A stretch of 64,000 nucleotides of DNA from contig SMSO01000014.1 of assembly GCA_004764695.1 (NCBI GenBank), positions 739,648-803,647 on the forward strand, read 5' to 3'. The notes beneath the pieces are model-generated. The model had not been told where the DNA came from. It ran no database searches and was given only the letters and a program-made list of their open reading frames with translations. This DNA comes from Schizochytrium sp. TIO01. Lineage: Eukaryota; Protista; Bigyra: Labyrinthulomycetes. A program made the translations under genes and the position numbers. Below are positions 50,401-62,286 of this stretch, piece after piece; position 1 is the first letter of the stretch, and each line of letters opens with the position of its first letter.

Positions 50401-50819
50401 AAGTCAGTCATCTTCGTTTCCTTCATTCGCTCCGCAACCAAAGTGCTGAAGCGAGCAACTCATAAAATACTAAACGAAGAAGAAGAAAAAAATTAAAACA
50501 ATTTTAACTCAACCTTTAAACAATCAATTAAAAATAAATAAACAAAGACTCTCTTTCTTTCTCTCTTTCTTTCTCTCTTTCTTTCTTTATAGTCGTCGTC
50601 TGTTTTCTTTTCTGTTTTTTCTTTTCTGTTTTCTTTTCTGAAAGATGAAGGCGGCGCTGCTAGTCTCGCATATCTGACTGCTAGCAGGGAGGCCTCCTCG
50701 CCCTGCGCCGCAGAATCCTCGAGGCCCTCGCGCGGAGGCCTTCCGATGCTGCTCGCGGCCGCGCGTCTGCTCGCGCGGGAAGCCTCTGCCTCGCGGGAGA
50801 GGCGGCTCGCCCACGCCGG

Positions 50820-50883
50820 GGCCTGCCTGCCTGCCTGCCTGCCTGCCTGCCCCGGCCTGCCTGCCTGCCTACCAGCCTGCCTG
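50820..50883 (+). repeat. (GCCT)n microsatellite within a GC-rich island
   Basis: Directly visible. Confidence 0.9.
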
Positions 50884-53455
50884 AGAGCGGCGGCTCCGAG
50901 CGCAGGATCTGCGGAGGTTGTCTTTGTCTTTCTTTGCCTTTGGAGACGTCGTCGCCCCTCCACTCACTCGCCGGCGGATCCGAGGCCCTCGACCGTGCGT
51001 GCTTTCTGACTGTAATTTAGGGGGCCGCGGATTCGTCGAAGAGGGGGGCCTTAGGAGCGCGCGCTGATCGCCTGCTTATTGGCGTAGTTTCTGAAGCGCC
51101 GGTCTTAACTCTGCCGGCCACACGCCGCTAAAAGAAAGTGCTTCAGAAGCAGTCCTGCAGCGGATACAGGTGCATATGGGAGCGTAGGTTAACTTGTATG
51201 AAAATGGGGGGAGCGCAGAAGCACGCTGCTGAGGAGAGAAGGGAAATGAGCGCAGTTGGTGAAAAAAGAAAAGAAAAAGGAGATATGTGTTTCCGTGGTT
51301 TGCCTCGCTTATCACTCACTCCCTAGTTTAGACTGAGCTGAGGCGTCGGCAATTGAGAAAGTCGATATCATATGACGGCTGAGAGCTTATTTAGTTAGTT
51401 CACTCGTTCACAGTCGCTCTGCGAAGGTTTTAGCGCAAAGGCGACGATGGTTTTGGCATCATCATCATCATCGAAGATGTGCTTCTTTTCTGCAGTTCTT
51501 CTTGCTTGCTTTTCAAAAAAAAACACAGCTCGCCTGGTCGTGATAGGGGGTATCTACGGTAAATCATAGTAGCGCCTCGCGCGCGTTCTCTTTAGAATGA
51601 AATTGCTTCTATTGCCATTGTAAGAGTGAGGCATCACAGATTAGTATTAGAGGTACATTTTGGTTTTGTCTAAAATATTAGTTGTACTGCATATCATGAC
51701 ATGTTTTTATAAAATTAGGTAGCTGCCATTCCATTGGTAATCTTTCCTTTGCTCAGGCCAAAAGATCTCTTCGCTAAAAAGGAATTGGACATGAATGAGA
51801 GTCCTGATCGACGAGCGAATTGGAACTGGTTTTGATAGAAAGTCTCTGGATCCAACAAATACATGCATACCATATATAGATAGATACACATTGCCGCGTT
51901 TCTACATACTCGTTTAGTCCTGGCGATAGTTTGGGTTGACTTCTTGGGATATGACTGCAATAATCACAAAGGCGAAAGTGAACCATACTTTCAACACAAC
52001 TTTCGATCGATCGGTTTTTCGTGACTTGAGTTGATTGATCGATCGATTGATTGATTGCAATGCTGCTAAAGTTGTTTGTGATTGATCAATTCTTCAATTT
52101 CCTCCTTAAAACCATTCTTGGCTGCTCGATGTCACAAGCATGGTCAGGAAAGTGAAGGCACGTGCGAGGTGGGGACCCACCCTCACACGAGCGAGCCTGT
52201 GGCAGACCCTGCCTTTGGTTCGAGATGTCATCAACAACGTCAATCAGCATCGACGCCCAAATCATCACAAATCATCATCACAAATAACAGGTGAAATAAA
52301 TTCAGGCTCTTAGTGACGATGGCCGACATTCTTCTTGGAGCTCGCTCACATCATGTACATATTTCTAAGTGAGGCACCTCCCCAAGAGAGATCTTTGGAG
52401 GTCGGATGTCTTCGGTGCGGTTTTCGTGAATGAAAGATTGCTCGACCGATCGATCGATCGTCTGCCTCGATATCAGAGAGTCTGCGATGTCATTGTTGGG
52501 TGCCTGAGCTTGGCAGTACCTGAGTATCTATCTGATATAGACAGCTAGCTCTCTCTATAGTGAGGAAGGCACAGCACATCTTTAACAAACTAACTGGAAA
52601 GAAGAAGTTGGCTATCTTAGTTATGGCTCACAGTTCACGATTCACGATTCGTGATTCATCAATCCTGGCGCAGCAATTGAAGTCCGGTCAATGGGAATTA
52701 GATAAAACAAGGGCTTTGCGAGGAGGAGGAGGAGCCTGAAGGTACCAGGTATCGATCGATCGATCGATCGATCGTGCGACCTCGAGCATCGATCGATCGC
52801 CGGAATCGAAGTCGATGTTGTTAGGCAGTCCAAGCCTGCACTGGCGCTACTGCTAAGACTGCTAAGCACAGCCGTAGCTCCACACTAACGCCTCAGCGAT
52901 AGGAAACTGTACGAGTCGATCTAAAAAGTTGTTTATTTGTTTGCTTGTTGTCTCTATGGTGCGGCTGTTCTTTAAGGGAGAAAAAGAAAAGAAAAAGAGT
53001 TTAAGAGTTTGACCTCTAAAGTTTTCAAGAGGAGCAGCAAAAAGGTTTTGCAGAACAGCGATACTACTGTGGCGTTACCATAAACGGTACCACTGGTGCC
53101 GGTGATGCTGACGATGGTGAGGCCAATAAAAGGTGATCGCTAAAAATTATCAAACTCTGTTTGTTTGTTTGTTTGTTTTTCTTTCTTTGTTCTTGATTGC
53201 TTATTATGTGCTTATTATTATAAGGTGATGAAATTGCGTTGAACAAAGGCAGTGCTACTACGCACTCCGTAGTGTTGTTGAGGTATTCGATGTGTTTAGT
53301 TAGCATTGCAATCATTTCTCGACGAAACTTATGAAAGTGGAATGAATGAATGAATAAATTGTTTGGTTTTTAGATGGCGGAGATCGCTCGATCATATATC
53401 TCCCGAGCAGCTCAAGCGTTAGCAAAGCAATCTTGGTCTTGGACGATCGAAGAGA

Positions 53456-53456
<1 letters not shown>

Positions 53457-53486
<30 letters not shown>
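53457..53486 (+). repeat. (GCTT)n microsatellite
   Basis: Directly visible. Confidence 0.9.
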
Positions 53487-54902
53487 CAGAACTGGGGGCC
53501 GCAAAGTAAAGGCATGTGGCGAAGACGAGGCGCCAGCAGCAGCAAAGAGTCGTCTTCTTTCGGGTGCCATCTGACGCTTTCTGGAGATGTTGCCGGATTT
53601 CATCTCGTTCGTGTCGAATAAGTAAGTACTGTATTGTGCTTTCTATCGATGAGGTTTTATTCGTCTATGGGAAATAGAAAGGATGAGGAGTGAGTGAATG
53701 ATGTAAATGAGGATAGTAAGTAAGATCTGGGAAGAACAAAATAGTAATTGTATTTTTAAAAGAAGATGAAGAAGAAGAAGAAGAAGAAGAAAAAAAAAGA
53801 AGCTAAAAAAAAAGAATAAGTATAAAGATAATAGAAATGATAAAAGTTGGATGGAGAATGAAAAGAGAAAAGAAAAAGAGAAGAAAGAATAGTTGAAAGT
53901 CGCTTTCGCTTTGCTTCTTTATTTGTTTTGTTTGTTTGTTTGTTTTGTTTGTTTGTTTGTTTGTTTATTCTCCATTCCTTCGCACAAAGAAAGCGGGCAG
54001 TCATTCATTCATACCCGAATCGTGGTCTCGCACCAGAACTCCGTCTGACAGGAGCTCAGGCAAAGCTGTAACCTTCTAATCTCCAGCACAGCGGACAGAC
54101 TGACTGAAGACTGACTGGCAGACCAAGCGCGTGGCTTCGGTCGCTCGTCGAGGTTTCTTTTCTCTCCTCTTCTGTTTTCTTCGCTCATTCGTTCGCTCTC
54201 TTTTCTGTTTTCTTGTTTTCTTTTAGTTTACCATTTGCTTTTCTCTCTTCCTGAGAGTCGCATCCATCCATACTCCAATCCCATCAGTGGTGCCGCGCGA
54301 GCCTCCGCTCCCCAGCCCGCGACTGCAGCAGCAGCAGCAGCAGCGAGCGCTCGGTAGCGCGTGAGGATCGTCAGGAGCAGTGGCGTTTCACGCTCGGCCA
54401 GCGAGCTAGCCAGCCTCGTGCTCGTGCCGTCGGAGCAGAGCAGAGCAGCGAGCGCATTACATTCATATCAATAACAACAAACAAACCAACAAAGAAACAA
54501 TATACTTTCGCGCGAATATATCAACTAAGTAGTGAAATCGAAAGCTAAAGCTGCTCGCACAGCAGCACACGTGATCTTCGCGTGGTGCACAGCAAGCATC
54601 TAGACAGCGTAGCGTCGATCGCTGCGCGTGTAATAGTCCCGCCCGGGCTGTCTGTCTGTTTGTCGGTGGTTTCGCGTCAGCGGAGCGGCGGCATAGACCA
54701 GCCAAGTACATAAAAAAGAAAAGAAAAAGTATATACATAAGGGTCTCAGCAGCTCCTGCTTCGGGGCATCTGTAGAACCCTCATCGCGCCGCAACATTCG
54801 CTAGCGGTGGTCCAGTCCGTTTAATAACACCCTCGGCAAACTACCTCGTTTTTGTCACTCTCTCTGTTGTAGTCGTCGAACCTCTTTGTGGAGTAAGTCA
54901 AA

Positions 54903-56294
54903 ATGGCAGAAACCTGGGATCACCTTGAGGATTGGGAGGAATGGTCTCCCGAATCAGGCACATCCTTTGTGGTGCACGCCGCTGCAGGTAGCATGGCTGG
55001 CGCTGCGGAGCACTGCGCAATTTTCCCCTTTGACACCATTAAGACACATATGCAGACTGAGGGCACCTCCCGCGGTGCTATCTCCAACCTGATCCGCGAG
55101 CACGGCGTCATCCGCTTGTGGCGCGGTGTGTCCACAATGTTCACTGCCTGCGTTCCCGCGCACGCAGCATACTTCTCCATCTTCGAAAAGGCCAAGGAGA
55201 GCTTCGGTGCTGATGGCGAGGAGCACACGCCCATTGCTGCCGGAGCTGCAGGCTGCCTGGCCACTGTCGCACACGACAGCATTATGACACCAATGGACGT
55301 CATCAAGCAGCGCCTCCAGCTCGGCTTCCACACCGGCATGTTTGACTGCGCCCGAACAATTTTGCGCAACGAGGGCGCCAGTGCTCTTTTCATTAGCTTC
55401 CCGACCACACTTGTCATGAACATGCCATATGCTGCGGTCATGGTCTCTGCTAACGAGAGTCTCAAGAAGATCCTCAACCCCGGCAACGAGTACAACCTCA
55501 CTGCCTTCTTTGTCAGTGGCGCTTTATCCGGAGCCTTTGCTGCTGCTATGACCAACCCTCTTGACGTCGTCAAGACCCGTCTCCAGACCCAAAATGTCCT
55601 CCGCGATTACCAGGCCCTGCGCGAGAAGGCTTTGCGTAACGCATCCAAGTCTGGACCCTCCTCCGTGCCCCCCACCGCAGCCTCTGGAGGAGCCATCTCT
55701 GGTCCCTCCAGCTCTGGATCTTCGCGTCTCTTTTCTGGACTCTGGTCCCAGGGAAGGAGCATGGCCGCCACGGCCTTCCCCGGCATCACAAGCAACGCCA
55801 CCCCGTTCCCCTCAGGACGTGGCATCCGACACGTGGGCCAGCCTTCTGTGGGTGTGACTGTATCACCTTATTATTCTCATGCGAACAAGTTGAACAACCT
55901 TCACGTGCGCAACCGGGCCCCTTTTGGTCCGTATGTCAAGGGCACAACAACAGCGACAAGGCCAGTCTCTGGAGGGGACGCCTCGGCTGTTCGTGAGCTG
56001 ATGACATCGAGCTCGAGGTCAGCGGTGCGCCGGATGCAGCCGGCAAGTGCTACGCAGCTCTTGGAGAGCTCGCAGGCCGGCGCCTCTGTACGCTTTCACT
56101 CGTCCGAGCCTGTGGGTCAAGTCATCCGCTACACCGGTCTCGTCGACACCGCCAAGCGCGTGTACCAAGAAGAAGGACTCCGAGGATTTGCTCGTGGCTT
56201 GAAGCCACGCCTCATGGTCCATGCCCCCTCCGTAGCTATCTCGTGGACCACCTACGAGACGGCGAAAAATTTGTTGTCAAGTTGGACTTCATAA
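54903..56294 (+). CDS. Mitoferrin (mitochondrial iron carrier, SLC25A37/28, MRS3/4 family)
   Basis: Three carrier signatures PFDTIKTH, PMDVIKQR and PLDVVKTR. Mitoferrin-specific motifs DWEE..., AEHCAIFP, PAHAAYF, HDSIMTP, MNMPY and ISWTTYE. Confidence 0.93.
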   Translation: MAETWDHLEDWEEWSPESGTSFVVHAAAGSMAGAAEHCAIFPFDTIKTHMQTEGTSRGAISNLIREHGVIRLWRGVSTMFTACVPAHAAYFSIFEKAKESFGADGEEHTPIAAGAAGCLATVAHDSIMTPMDVIKQRLQLGFHTGMFDCARTILRNEGASALFISFPTTLVMNMPYAAVMVSANESLKKILNPGNEYNLTAFFVSGALSGAFAAAMTNPLDVVKTRLQTQNVLRDYQALREKALRNASKSGPSSVPPTAASGGAISGPSSSGSSRLFSGLWSQGRSMAATAFPGITSNATPFPSGRGIRHVGQPSVGVTVSPYYSHANKLNNLHVRNRAPFGPYVKGTTTATRPVSGGDASAVRELMTSSSRSAVRRMQPASATQLLESSQAGASVRFHSSEPVGQVIRYTGLVDTAKRVYQEEGLRGFARGLKPRLMVHAPSVAISWTTYETAKNLLSSWTS

Positions 56295-56306
56295 ACATTG
56301 TCAGGT

Positions 56307-57274
56307 TCATTTCTCTTTTTTGGATTCAATTGCAGAAGAGACGCCATCATCGGCATCTTCATCATCATTATTAGCATCACCGATATTAGCGCGGTGGCGG
56401 GCGTGGTTGTTGTCTTGATCTAGGTCATCCGTCTTCTCGGCGAACGCCATTACTACATAGAGGGCGATAATGGCCTGCACGCAGAGCACTGCGCTTACGC
56501 CACTGATGATATCCACCTTCTCGCGTACGCCGATGCTCGGCAAGTAGCGGTCTCGCATATAAAAAAAAACTCCTATACAGAGCAGTCGGCACCGGCAACC
56601 GAGTGGGTCATTGTGTTGTCCCCCAATTTGTCACACGTGCATATACGTGCGGTTAATGCGTAGGTCACAGTCCGTCGGGGAAATAGGATTATTGGTTAAC
56701 ACACGCGCACAAAGCACGTTGTTGGATTTGTTGTTGATCTCACGCCGCATATTATTAGTCATGACATTTTGCATTAACTCATATATTCACCCCTTTTAGC
56801 CTCCTTTCATATTATAATATTTTCTATTCTACACTTCTTGAACATTACTCTGCTGCTCATTATCATCACCTGACCAACGCAACCCCATATCTGATCATTC
56901 AAGGCTACGAACCTCTGCATATGAGGAAAGCATGGCTTGTGTATAAGTGCATTTATAATTCTCCTGGGTTTTGCCTGTGTGAGAGTGTGCTAAACTGCTA
57001 GGCTGTCAAACTTACCGAGCGGCATTGTGCCCATAAGTATGCTGAAGAGGAGCAGCTTGGAAACCACCACCGAGTTCTGCGGGCTGCCCATAGCCGTGAA
57101 AAGGTTGGTCTTGACCAGATCCCCATGCTCAATCGCGTTTTCACCACGCTTCAATACTTCAGTCTTTTCCAGGGTTGTGTCCTCTTCTTCCTTGCCTTCT
57201 TTGCTATGAACGCGGCGCTCTTCGGAGCCCTTTTGCTCCTTGCCAGTCTGTGGCACTTGCTTCACGCGAGCCAT
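56307..57274 (-). CDS. VMA21: V-ATPase assembly factor VMA21; two exons (57274-57016 and 56572-56307), GT-AG intron 56573-57015
   Basis: Splicing CTCG|gtaagt...gtatag|GA joins SKLLLFSILMGTMPL-G-VFFYMRD in frame. Second TM SGVSAVLCVQAIIALYVVMAF. C-terminal KKEK ER-retrieval motif. Confidence 0.9.
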
Positions 57275-58859
57275 CTCTGCTTCTGCCTCAAACGACACTG
57301 CTACAACAACAAAGACAAAAGAGAAGTTTGCTGGATGCGCGCAGCTTGCCTAGTACCCTCAACTGAAAGGCTCCTTCGTTGCGCGTTCGAACGTTGAAGT
57401 TTGTCTTTATCTTGATCCGGCAGCGACAGCTGTGTTGGAATGATCCGTCGTGATGATCGTTCGATCTTGCCCTCGTGCCTGCATTCCACCTTGTACATGT
57501 CACAACCGTTCTTTCTGTTTGTTCTTTTCATTAAAGAGTGTTCTGACAAAGTATACACAAGTCTTGGTTTTAGGTCACGCAGGTAGACACGTTACACCGG
57601 ACTCCGTGTAATCGTCTTGAAGGTCGCTTTTGTAGTAGCTCAAGATTTTGACTGCTGCTTCAATCTCTCTTTGACCGTGGGTCTCTACCTATCTACTTTG
57701 AGCACGGCTGCAAAATGCAAGGTTAGCTCGCGTTTGTTGCGAAAGAGGCAATTATACTTGCATATCGTCTCATTTGCATTCACTTCTCTGACTATCTTAC
57801 TAGGTTTGCGAATTGATTGATTGAAAGATAGATCTAGTAGCCTGTTGCAGACAGATTCCTTCCCTACCATGACCATTCATTGTCGCGATATCTTTACCCT
57901 GCTGATAATGCTTTTTGAATATAAGAATAGGCCAACCACAATTCATTTGCATGACAAATTGCTTGCGCGTCATGCGTAAATTCCTGCGAAATTGCGGGGA
58001 TGATGCCGGTTTGGAACCAGGTGATAGGTACTCTGCCTGAGCCACCCTTGGTACGCTGTTCGACTAGTTTCATGAAAAGAGAATGTTTTCCTCCTTTTCA
58101 GGAAGACATGGATCTCGACTACTCGACTACGAACAGAGCTCGATGACCCCATTTTTATTTTAGTGCACACCATCATAAATTGTGGTCCTGAATTGACCCT
58201 TCTTTCTTGCAAACTTTACAAAAGGATACACCCTATTCGACAGCCGCAGTCCACAGGAAGTCAGCATATTCATTATAGTCCTTCTTCGCCTCCACTCCAA
58301 AACCACAGTGACGATTGCACGAAACGCGGCCAGCCAAAGCACACACTCCTTCACCAGAAGAACGTCGTCTTGCATAGGAAATCATTTTTTTTTTCATCAG
58401 AAGAACTACATCATTCGGAGGGTTTTTTGAGGTCAGCTTACAGCAAAGCAAGCTTATCGAAATGAGCTTCCCCTCATATGCAATCAAAAAAACTCATATC
58501 GAATTCCGAGCGCTGAGCACTGAGTGAGGGCTACGCATATCCTCAAAATCCGTGCAAACCAACCATAAATCTGGGCCTGCTCACAGTGTGCTTTCCTCCT
58601 CATATGCTGTCAAGAGTGTGAGTCCTACTCCTTACGGGGAACTAAGAGTTTTCCCAATCCCTGCCTCGCTCGTTGCCAACTCATGTTACTCAGCGCTGGG
58701 ACCCAGACCCTACTTGTGGAAAGTCTTCTAGGGGCTAAGACTTGAACAATCAGCTTCTCCTCGCCAGCCATGAGGCCAGCAACGCGTAATTGTCTCGTGC
58801 TCCGAGAGTTTGAGTCTGACGTAATGAATGCAAGATAGTTAGTTATACGGCCAAGGATA

Positions 58860-60625
58860 GGAGCAGGAGAGAGCCGCCTTAGTGGAGACCGGGAGCCTCC
58901 TGGTCGTTTGTAGTGTAATGCCTTATCTTGCTAGTGAAGGGTTAAGTTGCACACGATCAGGGTACGGAAATGATGAGGTTTGACGCAAATGGTGAGCTGC
59001 AAGGCAGCCTCTCGCTTCAAGCTAGCGATCACAACGCGTGTTTTGACCAGCAGAACTGGCCAGAGCGCTCTACCATGCGCTTTTGGAAATGCAGGGGAGG
59101 CAGACTTCCTCGCGGTGCCGCGAACCTGCTTTCAGTTAGTTGTGTTATCTTGCAAAGCCATCTTACATCATGAAAGGACCATCATGGGTGCGTGAAGTCG
59201 AAGAGGGCTTACATTTATAGTATAACTTCCTCCTCGCAAGCAACGCCGCTGCCATCATGAACCTCTCTGATAACGTTGAAGAATAAAAAGTCTAACGTGT
59301 GATAGCCACCCTGCCAAACTCTCGTGATGAAAAATAGAGCAAGCCTATGACTGCTTGAGTTGCACTTCTCCAACAACATGATAATTAGCAGCACGTGCAC
59401 TCCGGGAACGTTGTCGTATCCTTTAACAAGACACGCATGGATGCTTAATTTTGACTGGCTGATTGGTTGGCGGGCTGATTCAGAGGTATCAAGACACAAG
59501 CGAGTAACCAGAAGCAAAGAGAATCCAACATGTAGTCAGGAATGCGGACAATCGAGGCAATTACCAGGAGATGTCTCACACTGGATTTAGGGAAGAGACT
59601 CGCGGAGCTATGAAGTTCTTCTTGAGTAAGCTTTGCTCGGATTCAGGCCACTCTCGAGAACCTGTGCTGAAGGCGCCCCAGCGAGAGAGGACGCGCTGCA
59701 GCTCACAGCGCCAGAGAGCAGATGTTGACGAAACGTGACGCCTTCGAGTTCTCGGCGCTTGCTTGTGTCCTATCCCCAGAATATCTATACAAAGACGAGG
59801 CCGCCAAGTTAAAAATGAGCGCTTGTGTATCTCATTGATTCTAGTAAATCATCGTTGATCTTATGAACCTGAAGAGTTCTTGGCAGAAGATCTTGGCGTT
59901 GGCTGCTCAGTTCCACTGCCGTCTGCTCGCACACGAAACACTTCCGGCCGTTCTAGGCACTTGAGGGCCGCGGTGCCTAGTATGCTGAGAAAGACCTTCG
60001 TAAGCGGCCACGAGCACTTCAATCTCTCGCGCGAGCGAGCACCTTGAGCACGGGCCTCAAGTTGGACGAAGTAATGCTTTGAGACAAAGTAGCCAAGCTG
60101 AGCAGAACTTCAAACTAATTCCGTTTTCGTCTTGACCAGCGCAACTATAATTGTGGAGATCGATGGGGACGCCAGAGGCTTTTGTCAAAGAAGAAGAAGA
60201 AGAAGGAAACACAGCAACTGGCAAGAACCTGTGATTTAGTGAACAAAGCCGCCTTACCTGCGGCTTTGGCGCACGTTTCGCTGCAGTAGCAACTTGTTAG
60301 TAATTTGCAACGCCTTTGGAAGAACTAGTGGAAGTCCTGGCTAACTGTCTGAATGAAGAAACTCATAAAAGCACGACGCGCGCCGCACAGAAGGTGTTCG
60401 TGCGCATGATCAGGAAGAACTTCACTCAAGGCCCTCTGCAAGATCGCCCGCCGGCTTGAGGTCGCCCTTAAACTTCATAATCGTCACTATGAGGAGAAGG
60501 AATGTCGAGGGCATGCTTTCCCTCCCTCTCGCTCTCCGAGCATCATTCCTGCAAGTGCCATGAGCTCAAACTCGCACGTGAAATTGAAGTTCAACCTGAA
60601 CTTGATGTTGGACTCCTTCTAAATT
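58860..60625 (+). pseudogene. Decayed protein-coding remnant, family unidentified
   Basis: Coding-like segments (e.g. EELVEVLANCLNEETHKSTTRAAQKVFVRMIRK; LKALCKIARRLEVALKLHNRHYEEKEC) broken by many stops and frameshifts. Confidence 0.35.
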
Positions 60626-61956
60626 AAATACACATTGACTGATACTAGTAGTAGTTGGTATGTACCATATGACGGGCAGAATAGATGAGCTGTGTGCCCT
60701 CTGAAGGAACCCATGAGTCCCCTCAGGATTTTCACGCACGTGCAGGGAAGAGGGGACTGGTGCGGGCTGTCGTTGCGAGCTTGGACTTCCTCAAATGCCT
60801 ATTGTTTCTTTTCTTGTTTATCTGCTTTCTCAGTTGGAAAGAGACGTTCGAACGGATGCCAAGAAAGGGTGATGTTCGTGATGTTTGACGAACTAGCAGG
60901 TCGGTTCAACGCGCTGCTCGGACCTGCTAGAAACCCACAGGCTCATGCACAATACGCACGCTGCGATTATTGCAATGGAAGCGGTGACGGGTCGATGAGG
61001 GAAGGCATTTGTTGGAAGGGGATCTGGGGATCCTGATAATGAAATTAATTATGCAAGCATTGATGGGTATTAAAGTGGATTGGTGTTCTGGTATTCCATG
61101 GTGGTTGCACAAAGTGAGGAAATCCAATTTGATCACAGAGTTATTGAAAATGAAGGGTGCTGAGAGGTTTTCACGAGATGGCTTACTAGCTGGTGTTTTG
61201 TAATCGTTTGTCCGCTCGTTGAAGTCTTTGCCAGGCTGCTTGATTGGGTCGATCAGTCACCTGAGTACTATTTCAATGCGAAGTAGCTCCTCTGTCATTG
61301 GAGAAAAGATCTCGGGGAAGACTGCAGAAATTACGGGGATCCCTGATCTGATCAAGCCACTGTTATATGCTGGTCTGAAGCTCCTCTATATTATGCAACC
61401 AACACAAATAAGAAAGAGGGGGTGAGGGGGTCGATGCGTGCTCGAAAGTTTGAGCGTGGTTATTTGCAATCAAATCAACGCGACAGCGGCCTTTCGGCAG
61501 CTAGCTACTGGGGAGCTAATATTTAAAGCTATAACGAGGAAATAAATATATAATACTAGAAAGGGGAAGAAACAGGAAGACAGGCAGGGAGCCTCCACAA
61601 CTTGAAGGAGTATGAGTACTACTTGTTCGAACTAGCAGGTTTTTGCGACTTGAAACTCAGAAAAGATCTTCAGAAGCAGTCGTGGCCTTTAGGAGCTGAC
61701 TCCCCCCCCCCCCCTCTGCCTCTGTGTTATTTGTCGATCAGTATACCGGTAGTATTGATTCTGTATAAGAATAATGGTTTAGTATTTTAGTAGTGTCTAC
61801 ATAATAGCTAATAGTCACCTACAGGTCGCCTTGGAAAGACAAGGGCCATCCCAGACTAACCCAAAACCAAAACCCAAACACCGTTCACAACAACCTTGGC
61901 TGTGTCAGAATAAACAGCTTTGCATAGTATTCTGCATCAATTTTCCTGAAAATACC

Positions 61957-62286
61957 ATGCTGACCTCTCATTTTCCCACAAAGCTTGGACTCTTTCTTGG
62001 ATGCGCTCTCGCAGTTCTAGAGAACTCGTTTGCGTTGACCTTAGAAGACAACGACATTTCTCTTCGTGGAGCAAGCTCTCGCAAGCTCTTTAGCAAAGAT
62101 GATGGTATTATTATTGGCCTTGTCTTCGGCTTCGTTGCGATTGTTGCAATTCTGATTGTTCTTACGCGCTTCAGCGATGACACCAAATACTACAGGAACA
62201 GCCCCGAGGCTGTGCCCCCCCTGTCACGCAAGCACCATGGAGAACAAACAGTAGGTAGCCCGGCTTACCGCGATGACTTGCTATAA
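61957..62286 (+). CDS. Small type-I membrane protein, unknown function
   Basis: ATG 61957; signal peptide (LGLFLGCALAVLENSFA), LRG..RKL motif, TM IIIGLVFGFVAIVAILIVL, short tail. Confidence 0.7.
   Translation: MLTSHFPTKLGLFLGCALAVLENSFALTLEDNDISLRGASSRKLFSKDDGIIIGLVFGFVAIVAILIVLTRFSDDTKYYRNSPEAVPPLSRKHHGEQTVGSPAYRDDLL

Noticed and set aside
7390-57274. Two V-ATPase-related genes (RNASEK-like and VMA21) in one window as a functional cluster
   Set aside because: They are 49 kb apart with unrelated genes between; likely coincidence
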